A stretch of 63,977 nucleotides of DNA, filler included, from an uncultured Acidimicrobiia bacterium (GCA_964347285.1; 7 parts of 7 records of this genome joined end to end with filler, not necessarily neighbours in it), one strand, 5' to 3'. Shown: positions 30,546 through 40,460, numbered from the whole stretch's first letter. Notes: generated from the sequence alone by a model not told the origin. A program made the numbers and translations.

Positions 30546-31163
30546 TCACAGGGTGCCGAACAGCCGATCTCCCATGTCCCCGAGGCCGGGTCGAATATAG
30601 AAGTGCTCGTTCAGGCCGTGGTCCAGCGCGGCGGCGACGATGCGGATGTCGGGATGATCTTCCTCCATGCGCTTGACCCCTTCCGGTGCCGCAACGCAGC
30701 ACAGCGCGGTGATGTCGGCGGCGCCGGCCTCTTTGGCCTTGTCCACCGCCCAGGACAGCGAGCCCCCGGTCGCCAGCATGGGTTCGAGGACCAGTACCCG
30801 GGCCCCGGCCACATCGGGCAGGTTGACGTAGTACTCCATCGGCTCGGCGGTCTCCTCGTCGCGTTGGACTCCGGCGTAGCCGACCTTTACGTGCGGTAGC
30901 AGGTCGACCACTGCTTCGAGCATGCCCAGCCCGGCCCGGAGCACCGCCACCGCGACGATGTCGTCGAAGTCGTACCCGGTAGTGGCTTCGAGGGGCGTTT
31001 CCAGGGTGTACTCGGTGAGCTCGGCACCGGTGGTCGCTTCCACCACGAGGCAATAGGTGAGGCGGCGGGTGGCGGCCCGGAACCCTTCCGGCTCGGTTCG
31101 TTTGTCGCGCAGGATGCTCAGGTAGTGCCGGGCCAACGGGTGCTCGACGACGGTCAGGTCCAC
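30546..31163 (-). CDS. upp: Uracil phosphoribosyltransferase
   Basis: VLRAGLGM, RDEETAEP, EPMLATGGS, YIRPGLGDMGDRLFGT. Confidence 0.95.
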   Translation of the reverse strand: MDLTVVEHPLARHYLSILRDKRTEPEGFRAATRRLTYCLVVEATTGAELTEYTLETPLEATTGYDFDDIVAVAVLRAGLGMLEAVVDLLPHVKVGYAGVQRDEETAEPMEYYVNLPDVAGARVLVLEPMLATGGSLSWAVDKAKEAGAADITALCCVAAPEGVKRMEEDHPDIRIVAAALDHGLNEHFYIRPGLGDMGDRLFGTL

Positions 31164-31261
31164 GACGTCCTCCTCAGGGTGGCCGCAGCGTACCAACGGA
31201 AGCGCAGGCGCCGCCCGTCGATACACTCGCAGGGATGTTCGACACCCTCACCGACCGGCTC

Positions 31262-31361
31262 NNNNNNNNNNNNNNNNNNNNNNNNNNNNNNNNNNNNNNN
31301 NNNNNTTAATTAATTAANNNNNNNNNNNNNNNNNNNNNNNNNNNNNNNNNNNNNNNNNNNN
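31262..31361. other. Artificial contig linker
   Basis: N-TTAATTAATTAA-N. Confidence 0.98.
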
Positions 31362-32431
31362 ACGCCGTACACGTCCTCGTGGATGGCCGGGATCGTGTAC
31401 GACCCCGACAGCATCAGGCCGTGGAGGATGGTGGGTATCCCCGTCGAAGCGGTCGACAGGTAGGCTCCCAGGTTGGCCCAGGTGGTGGCCCGCAGGCCGA
31501 GCACCGTGCCGTCGCTCGAGGCGGCCATCTCCACGTTGGTGATGTGATCCCGGCCGTGAATCGTGGCCAGGTAGTTCTCGGAACGGGTCTCCGTCCACTT
31601 CACCGGCCGGCCCACCTGCTGCGAGGCGAACACGACCATGGCGTCCTCGGGGTAATGAGGGATCTTCGATCCGAACCCGCCGCCTACATCCGGAGCAATC
31701 ACCCGGATCTTGTGTTCGGGGATGCCGGTGTCGAGCGACAGCAGGAACCGGGCGATGTGGGGGTTCTGGCTGGTCACCCACAGGGTCAGCTCCTCCATCG
31801 CCGGGTCCCAGCGGGCCAGGGCGGCCCGGGGCTCCATGGCGGTGGGAATCAGCCGCTGGTTGATGATCGTGTCCTTCACCACGACGTCGGCCTCGGCGAA
31901 GGCCGCATCGACCTCGCCTCCGCTCACCGTCCAGTGGAAGCACACGTTGTTGGGCACGTCGGAGTGGAGCTGGGGGGCCCCGTCCTCCGTTGCCTTCTTG
32001 GCATCGACCACCACGTCCATCGTGTCGTAGGAGACGTCGACGGCATAGGCGGCATCGCGGGCCTGGGCTTCGGTCTCGGCCACCACGATCGCCACCGCGT
32101 CGCCCACGTAGCGGACTACCTCGGTGGCGATGGGTGGATGCTCGGGCGTCTTGGTGTCCGAGTCCGGGACCACCCAGGCGCAGGGAATGCCCCCGAAACC
32201 GGCGTCGGCCATGTCCCGGCCCGAGAACACGCCCAGCACACCCGGCATGGCCGCCGCCGCGGCCGAATCGATGCCGCTGATGCGGGCATGGGCGAACGGC
32301 GATCGCACCACCACCAGGTGCACCATCCCCGGCTGGGCGATGTCATCGGTGAACCGGGCCTGACCGGTGATGAGACGCGGATCTTCTAGGCGCGGGAGGG
32401 CGGCGCCGAACGGTTGCTGTGTCGTCGTCAT
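31362..32431 (-). CDS. Molybdenum hydroxylase large subunit, CoxL form II-like (partial)
   Basis: [37 protein letters not shown]; active-site loop lies beyond the contig end. Confidence 0.88.
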
Positions 32432-32976
32432 GCGTGGCTCCTCTCTGCCGCTCGTCGCTCGGCTTCCCGCAGCGTGATCTTGTGCTCGGCGGGCTCCAGT
32501 TCGAACGGGCTGTGGGCCGCCGTCTGGCGAGCACCTTCCTCCACCGCCAGGACGATGTTCTCGTAACCGGTGCACCGGCACAGGTTGCCTTCGAGGCCGT
32601 GGCGAATGGCAGGTGGCTCGATGTCGGGGATGGACTCGGCCAGCTTGACGGCGGTCATGATCATCCCCGGCGTGCAGAACCCGCACTGCAGGCCGTGCTT
32701 GGCGGAGAAGGCCTGCTGCATCGGATGCAGCTCGCCGTTGCGGGCCAACCCCTCGATGGTGGTGACCGAGCTTCCGTCGGCTTGCACCGCCAGCACCGTG
32801 CAGGACTTGACTGCGGCCCCGTCGACGTGGACGGTGCACGACCCGCACTGGGAGGTGTCGCAACCGACGTTGGTGCCGGTGAGGCCGAGGTCCTCTCGAA
32901 TGAACTCCACCAGCAGAGTGCGGGGCTCCACCTCGCGCTCGTAGCCGGTGCCGTTGACCGTTAGCGATATCTTCAC
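32428..32976 (-). CDS. Molybdenum hydroxylase [2Fe-2S] small subunit, CoxS-like
   Basis: [26 protein letters not shown]. Confidence 0.92.
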   Translation of the reverse strand: MKISLTVNGTGYEREVEPRTLLVEFIREDLGLTGTNVGCDTSQCGSCTVHVDGAAVKSCTVLAVQADGSSVTTIEGLARNGELHPMQQAFSAKHGLQCGFCTPGMIMTAVKLAESIPDIEPPAIRHGLEGNLCRCTGYENIVLAVEEGARQTAAHSPFELEPAEHKITLREAERRAAERSHA

Positions 32977-33353
32977 GTACAACCTCCTCGTGAGGGGATG
33001 GCGAGATGGCTCGACCTCGGAGCAGGGGCAGGGCGCCGAGGGGCGCGTCGATGCGCCGGGGTGGGGTGCTCCGCCCTAGTCCTCGTCCCCAAGGCCGCCT
33101 CCGCGCGACTATCAGCGAGCATACTCGTGGGGCTTCCGCGCGTGCCGGGTCGGGTGGTAGGTGCGGGTGGTCGCGAGCCTCCGCGCCTGGACGAAGCTGG
33201 CCCGACGTGCCGAACCGCAAACGAGTAGGGTCTGCTTCGAGCAAGGGGCTCGGGAGAGATGGCGATGCAGGGCGGCTTCACCGACACCGCACGAGGCGCG
33301 CCCCGTCCCCCCCGGTCCCCGGCACGGTCTCCCCAACCCAACGAGGAGGTGTG

Positions 33354-34226
33354 ATGTATCCGGCCGCGTTCGAATACTCGGCGCCGGCATCCCTGGACGA
33401 GGCACTCGCCATCCTGGCCGAAGAGGGCGACGAGGCCAGGGTCCTGGCCGGCGGCCAGAGTCTCATACCAATGATGAAGCTTCGCCTCGCCTTTCCGGCC
33501 CACCTGGTGGATATCAACAACATCCCCGGGCTCGACTACATCGAGGAGAGCAACGGCCACCTCCGCATCGGGGCGCTGGTCCGCCACCAGCACGTCGTCG
33601 ATTCGGATCTGGTTTCGGCGACCAATCACACCATCGCCTCGGCGGCCCCCTGGATCGCCGATCCGCTGGTACGCAACCGGGGCACGGTGTGCGGCTCGGT
33701 GGCCCACTGCGACCCGGAGGGCGACTGGAATTCGGTGATGCTGGCGGTGAGCGCCGAGGTGGTGGCCCGCTCGGCCGGCGGGGAGCGGGTGATTCCGATC
33801 GACGGCTTCATCGTCGACTTCTTCACGAACTCGTTGCAGCCCGGAGAGATGGTGACCGAGGTCCGGGTCCCCAAGTACGGAGGGCCGGCCGGCGGCGCCT
33901 ATCTCAAGCTGGAGCGAAAAGTTGGTGACTACGCCACCGCCGCGGTGGCCACTCACCTCGAGCTCGACGGCGCCGGCAAGATCGCCAAGGCCGGGGTGGC
34001 GCTGACTGCGGTCAATACCAAGAACACCCGGGCCACGGCCGCCGAACAGGCTTTGGTCGGGGAGACCCCATCGGAGTCCCTCTTCGACGAGGCGGCCGAA
34101 CTGGCGGCGCAGGCGGCCGAGCCCGAGACCAACGTGCGGGGCACCGCCGAGTGGAAGCGACAGGTCGTCAAGGTGTATGCCCGCCGGGGCCTGGAGAAGG
34201 CTTTGGCGACGGCCCAGGGCTCGTAG
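33354..34226 (+). CDS. coxM: CO dehydrogenase medium (FAD) subunit
   Basis: MYPAAFEY, LAGGQSLIPMMKLRLA, VRNRGTVCGS. Confidence 0.92.
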   Translation: MYPAAFEYSAPASLDEALAILAEEGDEARVLAGGQSLIPMMKLRLAFPAHLVDINNIPGLDYIEESNGHLRIGALVRHQHVVDSDLVSATNHTIASAAPWIADPLVRNRGTVCGSVAHCDPEGDWNSVMLAVSAEVVARSAGGERVIPIDGFIVDFFTNSLQPGEMVTEVRVPKYGGPAGGAYLKLERKVGDYATAAVATHLELDGAGKIAKAGVALTAVNTKNTRATAAEQALVGETPSESLFDEAAELAAQAAEPETNVRGTAEWKRQVVKVYARRGLEKALATAQGS

Positions 34227-34235
34227 GAGGATCGC

Positions 34236-34700
34236 ATGGAGATCACCGTCAGAATCAACGGAACGGATCACACCGACGACGTCGAGCCCCGTCAGCTCCT
34301 GGTGGACTTCGTGCGCGGTCGCGGCCTGACCGGAACTCACATCGGCTGCGACACCACCAGCTGCGGCGCCTGCACCGTGCTGGTGGACGGCGTCCCGATG
34401 AAGTCGTGCACGATGTTCGCCGTGCAGGCCAACGGCAAGGGCGTCACCACCGTCGAAGGGCTCAAGCAGAACGGCAACCTGCACCCGATCCAGGTGGCCT
34501 TCAAGGAGAAGCACGGCCTCCAGTGCGGGTTCTGCACGCCGGGGATGATGTTGACCGGCGCCGCGCTGCTCGAAGCGGACCCGGACCCGAGCGAGGACGA
34601 CGTGCGCTGGGCCCTGAGCGGACAGATTTGCCGCTGCACCGGCTATGTGAACATCGTCAAGGCGGTCCAGTACGCCGGCGAGCTGATCCGGGAAGCGTGA
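34236..34700 (+). CDS. coxS: CO dehydrogenase small (FeS) subunit
   Basis: [25 protein letters not shown]. Confidence 0.93.
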   Translation: MEITVRINGTDHTDDVEPRQLLVDFVRGRGLTGTHIGCDTTSCGACTVLVDGVPMKSCTMFAVQANGKGVTTVEGLKQNGNLHPIQVAFKEKHGLQCGFCTPGMMLTGAALLEADPDPSEDDVRWALSGQICRCTGYVNIVKAVQYAGELIREA

Positions 34701-34709
34701 GGAGGAACG

Positions 34710-37076
34710 ATGACGACTACTGCTGAGCCCAGAACGCCCCCGGAGATCGGTGGCGTCGGCCACTCGGTGCGGCGCCACGAGGACGACCGCTTCATCCAGG
34801 GAGCGGGGAACTACCTCGACGACGTGCAACTCCCGGGGATGCTGCACATGGCCATCCTGCGCAGCCCGGTCGCCCACGCCGAGATCAAATCGATCGACAC
34901 CGAAGAGGTCACCAGGCTGCCCGGGGTGGTGGCGGTGGTGACCGGTGCCGACCTGGAGGCGCACAATCTGGCCTGGATGCCCACGCTGTCGGGCGACACC
35001 CAGGCGGTGTTGGCCACCGACAAGGTCCGCTTCCAGGGTCAGGAAGTGGCCGCGGTGATCGCCGAGGACCCTTACGTCGCCCGGGATGCCCTGCCACTGA
35101 TCTTCGTCGATTACGAGGAGCTGCCGGCCATCACCAACCCGCACATGGCGATGGAGGAAGGGGCGCCGGTCATCCGGACCGACAAGGAGGGTCAGACCGA
35201 CAACCTGGCCTATGAATGGGAGGCGGGCGACAAGGAACTCACCGACCGCGCCTTCGCCGAGGCCGACAAGATCGTCACTCTCGACACCCATTACCCGCGC
35301 TCGCACCCGGCCCCGCTGGAGACCTGCGGGGCGGTGGCCGACGTCAACCCGGCCACCGGCGAGGCGACGATCTACCTGACCTCCCAGGCCCCTCATGCCC
35401 ACCGGACCCTGTTTGCCCTGGTGGCGGGCCTGCCCGAGCAGAACATCCGGATCATTTCTCCCGACATCGGGGGCGGTTTCGGCAACAAGGTGCCGATCTA
35501 CCCCGGCTATGTGGTGGCCACCGCCGCCTCGCTGTTGATCGGGCGGCCGGTGAAGTGGGTGGAAACCCGCACCGAGAACTTGATCTCGACCGGGTTTGCC
35601 CGGGATTTCCACATGCACGGCGAATTGGCGCTATCGAGCGATGGGCGGATCCTGGGGATGCGGACCGAGATCTGGTCCGATCAGGGTGCCTTCTACGCCG
35701 ACGCCCAGCCCACCAAGTTCCGGGCCGGGCTGTTCCACATCTGCACCGGTTCGTACGACTACCCGGCCGCCCACGTCGTGGCCCGGGGGGCCTACACCAA
35801 CAAGGCACCGGGGGGAGTGGCCTATCGCTGCTCGTTCCGGGTGACCGAGGCGTCCTACCTCATCGAGCGGCTGGTGCAGAACGCCGCGTATGAGATAGGG
35901 ATGGACCCGGCCGAGTTCCGGATGAAGAACTTCATCCGCCCCGATCAGTTCCCCTATCACTCGCCGACCGGGTTCGTGTACGACTCGGGGGATTACCACA
36001 CCGCCTTGCAGAAGGCCCTCGACGCGGTCGATTACCCGGCGCTGCGCAAGGAGCAGGAGGAGGCTCGCAAAGAGGGGCGTTTGCTGGGTATCGGCATCGC
36101 CAGCTTCACCGAGGTGGTCGGGGCCGGCAACTCCGCCGAGTACGACATCGCCGGCCTGAAGATGTTCGACTCGGCCGAGCTGCGGGTGCACCCCACCGGG
36201 AAGGCGATTCTCAAACTGGGGGTGCGCACCCAGGGCCAGGGCCACGAGACCACGTTCGCCCAGATCGTTGCCGAAGAGCTCGGAATCCCGGCCGCCGACG
36301 TCAAGGTGATGGAGGGCGACACCGACAACACCCCCTACGGGCTGGGCACCTACGCCTCGCGCAGCACCCCGGTGGCGGGCGCGGCCACCGCGGTGATCTC
36401 TCGCAAGCTGCGGGAGAAGGGGCGCCGCATCGCCGCCCATCTGCTGGAGGCGGCCGAGGAGGACCTGGACTGGGAGCCCGGGAAGTTCTTCGTGAAGGGT
36501 TCTCCCGACCAGGCGGTCACCATCCAGGACGTGGCCTTCGCCGCCTACACCAACCCACCCGAGGGCGAGGAAGCCGGTCTGGAAGGGGTCCATTACTACG
36601 ACCCGCCCAACATGACCTATCCGTTCGGGAGCTACGTGGTGGTGGTGGAGGTCGATGCCGAGACCGGCGAGTGGAAGGTGGACCGCATGGTGGCCGTGGA
36701 CGACTGCGGGGTGCGCATCAACCCGATGATCGTTGAAGGCCAGATCCACGGTGGGCTCACCGAGGGGTTCGCCAAGGCAAACATGCAGTGGATCACCTTC
36801 GACAGCGGCGGCAACTGCATCGGCTCCAACTTCATGGACTACCTGGTCCCCACCGCCTGGGAGACGCCCCGCTTCGAGCTGGACGAGACCGTGACCCCCT
36901 CTCCGCACCATCCCATCGGCGCCAAGGGGGTGGGCGAGTCGGCCACCGTGGGGTCGCCGGCCGCCTACGTGAACGCGGTGGTGGACGCCCTGGCCCACCT
37001 CGGCGTGCGCAACATCGACATGCCGGTGCTGCCGCACCGGGTGTGGGAGGCCATCGAGGGAACTCACGGGGAATGA
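34710..37076 (+). CDS. coxL: Form I aerobic CO dehydrogenase large subunit
   Basis: Diagnostic AYRCSFR active-site motif at 35820-35840; M-S-L gene order. Confidence 0.96.
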   Translation: MTTTAEPRTPPEIGGVGHSVRRHEDDRFIQGAGNYLDDVQLPGMLHMAILRSPVAHAEIKSIDTEEVTRLPGVVAVVTGADLEAHNLAWMPTLSGDTQAVLATDKVRFQGQEVAAVIAEDPYVARDALPLIFVDYEELPAITNPHMAMEEGAPVIRTDKEGQTDNLAYEWEAGDKELTDRAFAEADKIVTLDTHYPRSHPAPLETCGAVADVNPATGEATIYLTSQAPHAHRTLFALVAGLPEQNIRIISPDIGGGFGNKVPIYPGYVVATAASLLIGRPVKWVETRTENLISTGFARDFHMHGELALSSDGRILGMRTEIWSDQGAFYADAQPTKFRAGLFHICTGSYDYPAAHVVARGAYTNKAPGGVAYRCSFRVTEASYLIERLVQNAAYEIGMDPAEFRMKNFIRPDQFPYHSPTGFVYDSGDYHTALQKALDAVDYPALRKEQEEARKEGRLLGIGIASFTEVVGAGNSAEYDIAGLKMFDSAELRVHPTGKAILKLGVRTQGQGHETTFAQIVAEELGIPAADVKVMEGDTDNTPYGLGTYASRSTPVAGAATAVISRKLREKGRRIAAHLLEAAEEDLDWEPGKFFVKGSPDQAVTIQDVAFAAYTNPPEGEEAGLEGVHYYDPPNMTYPFGSYVVVVEVDAETGEWKVDRMVAVDDCGVRINPMIVEGQIHGGLTEGFAKANMQWITFDSGGNCIGSNFMDYLVPTAWETPRFELDETVTPSPHHPIGAKGVGESATVGSPAAYVNAVVDALAHLGVRNIDMPVLPHRVWEAIEGTHGE

Positions 37077-37080
37077 ACCC

Positions 37081-38037
37081 TTGAGCGGCGACATACTCCG
37101 ACTGGCGGGCCGCTGGTCGGCGGAAGGGGAGCCGTGCGTCCTGGCCACGGTGGTGTGGCGGCGCGGGCCGTCCTCGGGCAAGCCGGGGGAGCGGGCGCTC
37201 ATAACCGCCGCCGGCGAAGTCCGGGGATGGTTGGGCGGGGCCTGTGCCGAACCGACCGTGATCCGGGAAGCCCTGGCCGCCCTCACCGACGGCCGGTCGC
37301 GGCTCCTCCAGCTCGGTCCTCTCGAGGAGTTCGGCGGTCGGAGCGGAGAAGGGGTGGTCTCGGTCCCGATGGCCTGCGAGAGTGAGGGCGCGATGGAGGT
37401 GTATTTGGAGCCGCTGGTGCCCTCTCCCCAGCTGGTCGTTATCGGACGGTCCCCGGCCGCCGAGGCGCTGGCGCGGATGGGGGAGGTGCTGGGGTGGCGG
37501 TCGACCCTCGTCGACGATGAAGGCGGCGATCACCCCGACGTCCAAATGGTCCGCACCGAGCTCGATCTCGAGCCGCTCGGGCTGAGCGAGCGCGATTTCG
37601 TGGTGGCAGCCACCCAGGGCCACTACGACGAGCCGGCCCTCGACGCCGCTCTGGCCACCGATGCCGGCTACATCGGCCTGATCGCCTCGCGCAAGCGAGC
37701 CGACACCGTCCTGGAGTATTTGCGGGCCAAGGGTGCCACCGACGAGGCGCTGGCCCGGATCCACGCCCCGGCCGGACTCGACCTGGGGGGCCTGCCCCAC
37801 ACCGAGATCGCGGTGGCGGTGCTGGCCGAGTTGGTGGCCCTCAAGGCGGGCGGCGGTCTGGCTACCGGCATCAGGGTCGAGCGTCCCCGCGAGGCGCTCG
37901 ATCCGGTATGTGGCATGACCGTGGACGTGGCCGCCGCCCACTTCCTCACAGAGCATGCTGGAGAGACCTATTACTTCTGTGCAGCCGGCTGCCAAAAGGC
38001 ATTCGAGGCGGACCCGGCCGCCTTCCTGAGCGGATGA
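37081..38037 (+). CDS. XdhC/CoxF-family maturation protein with C-terminal YHS domain
   Basis: GWLGGACAE, MACESEG, ATQGHYD, YIGLIASR, APAGLDLG; C-terminal DPVCGM...YYFCAAGC. Confidence 0.88.
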   Translation: MSGDILRLAGRWSAEGEPCVLATVVWRRGPSSGKPGERALITAAGEVRGWLGGACAEPTVIREALAALTDGRSRLLQLGPLEEFGGRSGEGVVSVPMACESEGAMEVYLEPLVPSPQLVVIGRSPAAEALARMGEVLGWRSTLVDDEGGDHPDVQMVRTELDLEPLGLSERDFVVAATQGHYDEPALDAALATDAGYIGLIASRKRADTVLEYLRAKGATDEALARIHAPAGLDLGGLPHTEIAVAVLAELVALKAGGGLATGIRVERPREALDPVCGMTVDVAAAHFLTEHAGETYYFCAAGCQKAFEADPAAFLSG

Positions 38038-38053
38038 CCCGGAGAGGAGCCCG

Positions 38054-38626
38054 ATGAAGTTCAGCCAAGAGTTCGAGGTGAAGCGGCCGGTGGACGAGGT
38101 GTGGGAGCTGTTCCAGGACGTCCCCGCCGTGGCCCAGTGCCTCCCCGGCGCCGAGCTCACCGAAGACAAAGGAGAGGGTGCCTACGCCGGCCTGCTCCAG
38201 GTCAAGCTGGGCCCGATGACCTCCAAGTTCGAGGGCGAGGCCACGGTGGCCGCCGACCACGGGGCCCGCAGCGCCCACATCGAGGGCAAGGGGGTCGATC
38301 GGGCCGGCGGCAGCCGCGGTCAGCTCACGATGGACTATGCCCTGGCGCCCGCCGACGGCGGGACCCGGGTGACCGTCGACGCCGACTTCACGTTGTCGGG
38401 CGCCATCGCCCAGTTCGGCCGCTCCGGGCTGGTGGAGGAGATGTCGCGGAGGCTGATCGGGGAGTTCGTGGAGTGCCTGGAGGCCAAGCTCTCGGCCGAG
38501 ACAGCCGAGGAAGCCGCCGCGATCGAGGCTCCCGAGGTGAAGGGGCTGTCGTTGTTCTTCGCCAGCCTGTTCGCCTGGATCGGCCGCTTCTTCAAGCGGC
38601 TGTTCGGCGGGAGGGATTCGGACTAG
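38054..38626 (+). CDS. coxG: CoxG/SRPBCC membrane-anchored accessory protein
   Basis: AQCLPGA, VKLGP, AQFGRSGL; C-terminal hydrophobic anchor. Confidence 0.88.
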   Translation: MKFSQEFEVKRPVDEVWELFQDVPAVAQCLPGAELTEDKGEGAYAGLLQVKLGPMTSKFEGEATVAADHGARSAHIEGKGVDRAGGSRGQLTMDYALAPADGGTRVTVDADFTLSGAIAQFGRSGLVEEMSRRLIGEFVECLEAKLSAETAEEAAAIEAPEVKGLSLFFASLFAWIGRFFKRLFGGRDSD

Positions 38627-38714
38627 CCCCGATGCCCCCTCCGCAACTGCCTGCCGGGCAGGCCGGAGCGGGATTCGTGGCCCCATCCCGGGGCTCGGCG
38701 AGGAGCGAGCGCCG

Positions 38715-39194
38715 CTACACGAACATCTGAACGTCGGCGTCGGCGGCGAAATCCAGAAAGGCCGCCGCGCCGGCGATGTCGCAGCCGTCGATGAGGTCCC
38801 CCTCGGTCACCCCCATGACCCCCATCGTGGTGGCGCAGGCGAACAGGCGCACGTCGAGGCCCTTCACCATCTCGATGAACTCCGGAATGTTGGGCAGATT
38901 GGACTCGTCGAGCCACCTCTTCATCATTTGGGTGGCCACCTGGGTCATGCCGGGGAGGGCGCCGACCAGACTGGGTACCGCCACCGGCATGGCCGGATTG
39001 CCCAGCGGGGCCACCTTGAGCTTGCGGTGCTTGTCCCGGTGCAGGATGTCGAGGCCGTAGAACGTGAAGTAGATCCCGACCTCCCACCCCAGGCTGGCGG
39101 CGGTCACCGCCAGGATCAGTGGTGGGTAGGCCTGATCGAGAGTCCCCTTCGAGGCGACCAATGCCAGCCGCTTGGAGTCTCCGTTGCCGTTCAT
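38715..39194 (-). CDS. DsrE/DsrF/DrsH-like (DsrE2-type) sulfur relay protein
   Basis: SKGTLDQAYPPLILA, YFTFYGL, LFACATTM; ATGA overlap with tusA. Confidence 0.88.
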   Translation of the reverse strand: MNGNGDSKRLALVASKGTLDQAYPPLILAVTAASLGWEVGIYFTFYGLDILHRDKHRKLKVAPLGNPAMPVAVPSLVGALPGMTQVATQMMKRWLDESNLPNIPEFIEMVKGLDVRLFACATTMGVMGVTEGDLIDGCDIAGAAAFLDFAADADVQMFV

Positions 39195-39445
39195 GAGCCG
39201 CCCTCCTTGCGGAGCAGGAATCGCTGGGTGTCGCCCCGGTCCTCGATCAACACCAGCGGATTTCCGGTCTGGCGGGCCAGGGCCGGGAAGTCCTCGAGGG
39301 AGCCGGGATCGGTGCAGATCACCTCGAGCACCTCGCCCGGTTGGAGCTTCTTGAGCGCCATCGACGTCTGATACACGGGCAGCGGGCACAGGAGTCCCGT
39401 GCAGTCCAGGGTCTGGCTCACCTCGACGTTCGTGCCGTGGGTCAT
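39191..39445 (-). CDS. tusA: TusA-family sulfur carrier
   Basis: LDCTGLLCPLP, GEVLEVICTDPGS; ATGA overlap with the cysteine synthase gene. Confidence 0.9.
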   Translation of the reverse strand: MTHGTNVEVSQTLDCTGLLCPLPVYQTSMALKKLQPGEVLEVICTDPGSLEDFPALARQTGNPLVLIEDRGDTQRFLLRKEGGS

Positions 39446-40449
39446 TGGCTGTCTCCTTTCTCACCAAAATGGGGAACGCCGTCGGCGCCGAGCAGCTCGG
39501 CGTAGTAGCTGGTGTATTTGAGGCCGCCGTCTGCGGAGATGCCGACCGCGACTCCTTCGCCGGCGATCTGGTGGGCGGCCCAGACGACGGCTCCGGTGGA
39601 AGGCCCGACGATCAGCGCCTCTTCCCGGAACAGCCGGAGGGTCGTCTCGTAGGCAGGGCCGTCGTCGACGCGAATGACCTCGTCGACCACGTCCCAATCC
39701 ATGATCTCCGGTGTCTTCGCTTCCTCGAGGTTCTTGAGACCGGGGAGGCGATGGCCCGGCTGGGGCTCGATGGCAATGATCCGAATGGTCGGGTCCTTCT
39801 CCTTCAGGAATCTGCCCACGCCGGTGACGGTTCCGGTCGTTCCCAGCCCGGCCAGGAAGATGCGGACCCGGCCCTCGGTCTGTTCCCAGATCTCGGGCCC
39901 GGTCGTCTCATAGTGGGCGCGGACGTTGTCGTGGTTGGCGTACTGATTGGGCATCACGTAGCGCTCGCCCCCGGCGCTGGCGGCGAGCGAGCGGGCCAGG
40001 GCTATGGCGCCGTCGGCGGGATAGTCGGTCGGGCACAAGTCGTCGGGGGTCTCCCAAACCTCGGCCCCCAGCATGCGCAACAGGATCTTCTTCTCCTCGG
40101 GGACTCCGTCGGGGATGGTGACCGTCAGCTCCTTGTCGGCCAGGGCCGCCAACGCCGCCAGGGCGATGCCGGTGTTGCCCGACGACGGCTCCACCATTGC
40201 CTTGCCGTCGAGCTCCCCGCGTTCGATGAGCCCGGCCAGCAGGTAACTGGCGGTCCGGTCCTTGATCGATCCGAACGGGCTGAACCATTCCAGCTTGAGG
40301 TAGAGCTCCATCGGACGAGGAGGGGCGACCCGGTTGACCCGCACCAGCGGAGTGGGATCGGCGACACTGGGCAAGAGCTCGTGCACGGCCCCATAGCGGC
40401 GCCGCCGCCGGTCGGCATCGAGTGCCGGTTCGGTCTGGGTAGTGGTCAT
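39442..40449 (-). CDS. PLP-dependent cysteine synthase family protein
   Basis: KLEWFSPFGSIKDR, EPSSGNTG, NQYAN, HYETTGPEIWEQ, GLGTTGT; ATG at 40449 with AGGAGG. Confidence 0.92.
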   Translation of the reverse strand: MTTTQTEPALDADRRRRRYGAVHELLPSVADPTPLVRVNRVAPPRPMELYLKLEWFSPFGSIKDRTASYLLAGLIERGELDGKAMVEPSSGNTGIALAALAALADKELTVTIPDGVPEEKKILLRMLGAEVWETPDDLCPTDYPADGAIALARSLAASAGGERYVMPNQYANHDNVRAHYETTGPEIWEQTEGRVRIFLAGLGTTGTVTGVGRFLKEKDPTIRIIAIEPQPGHRLPGLKNLEEAKTPEIMDWDVVDEVIRVDDGPAYETTLRLFREEALIVGPSTGAVVWAAHQIAGEGVAVGISADGGLKYTSYYAELLGADGVPHFGEKGDSQ

Positions 40450-40460
40450 GTCGCCTCCTG

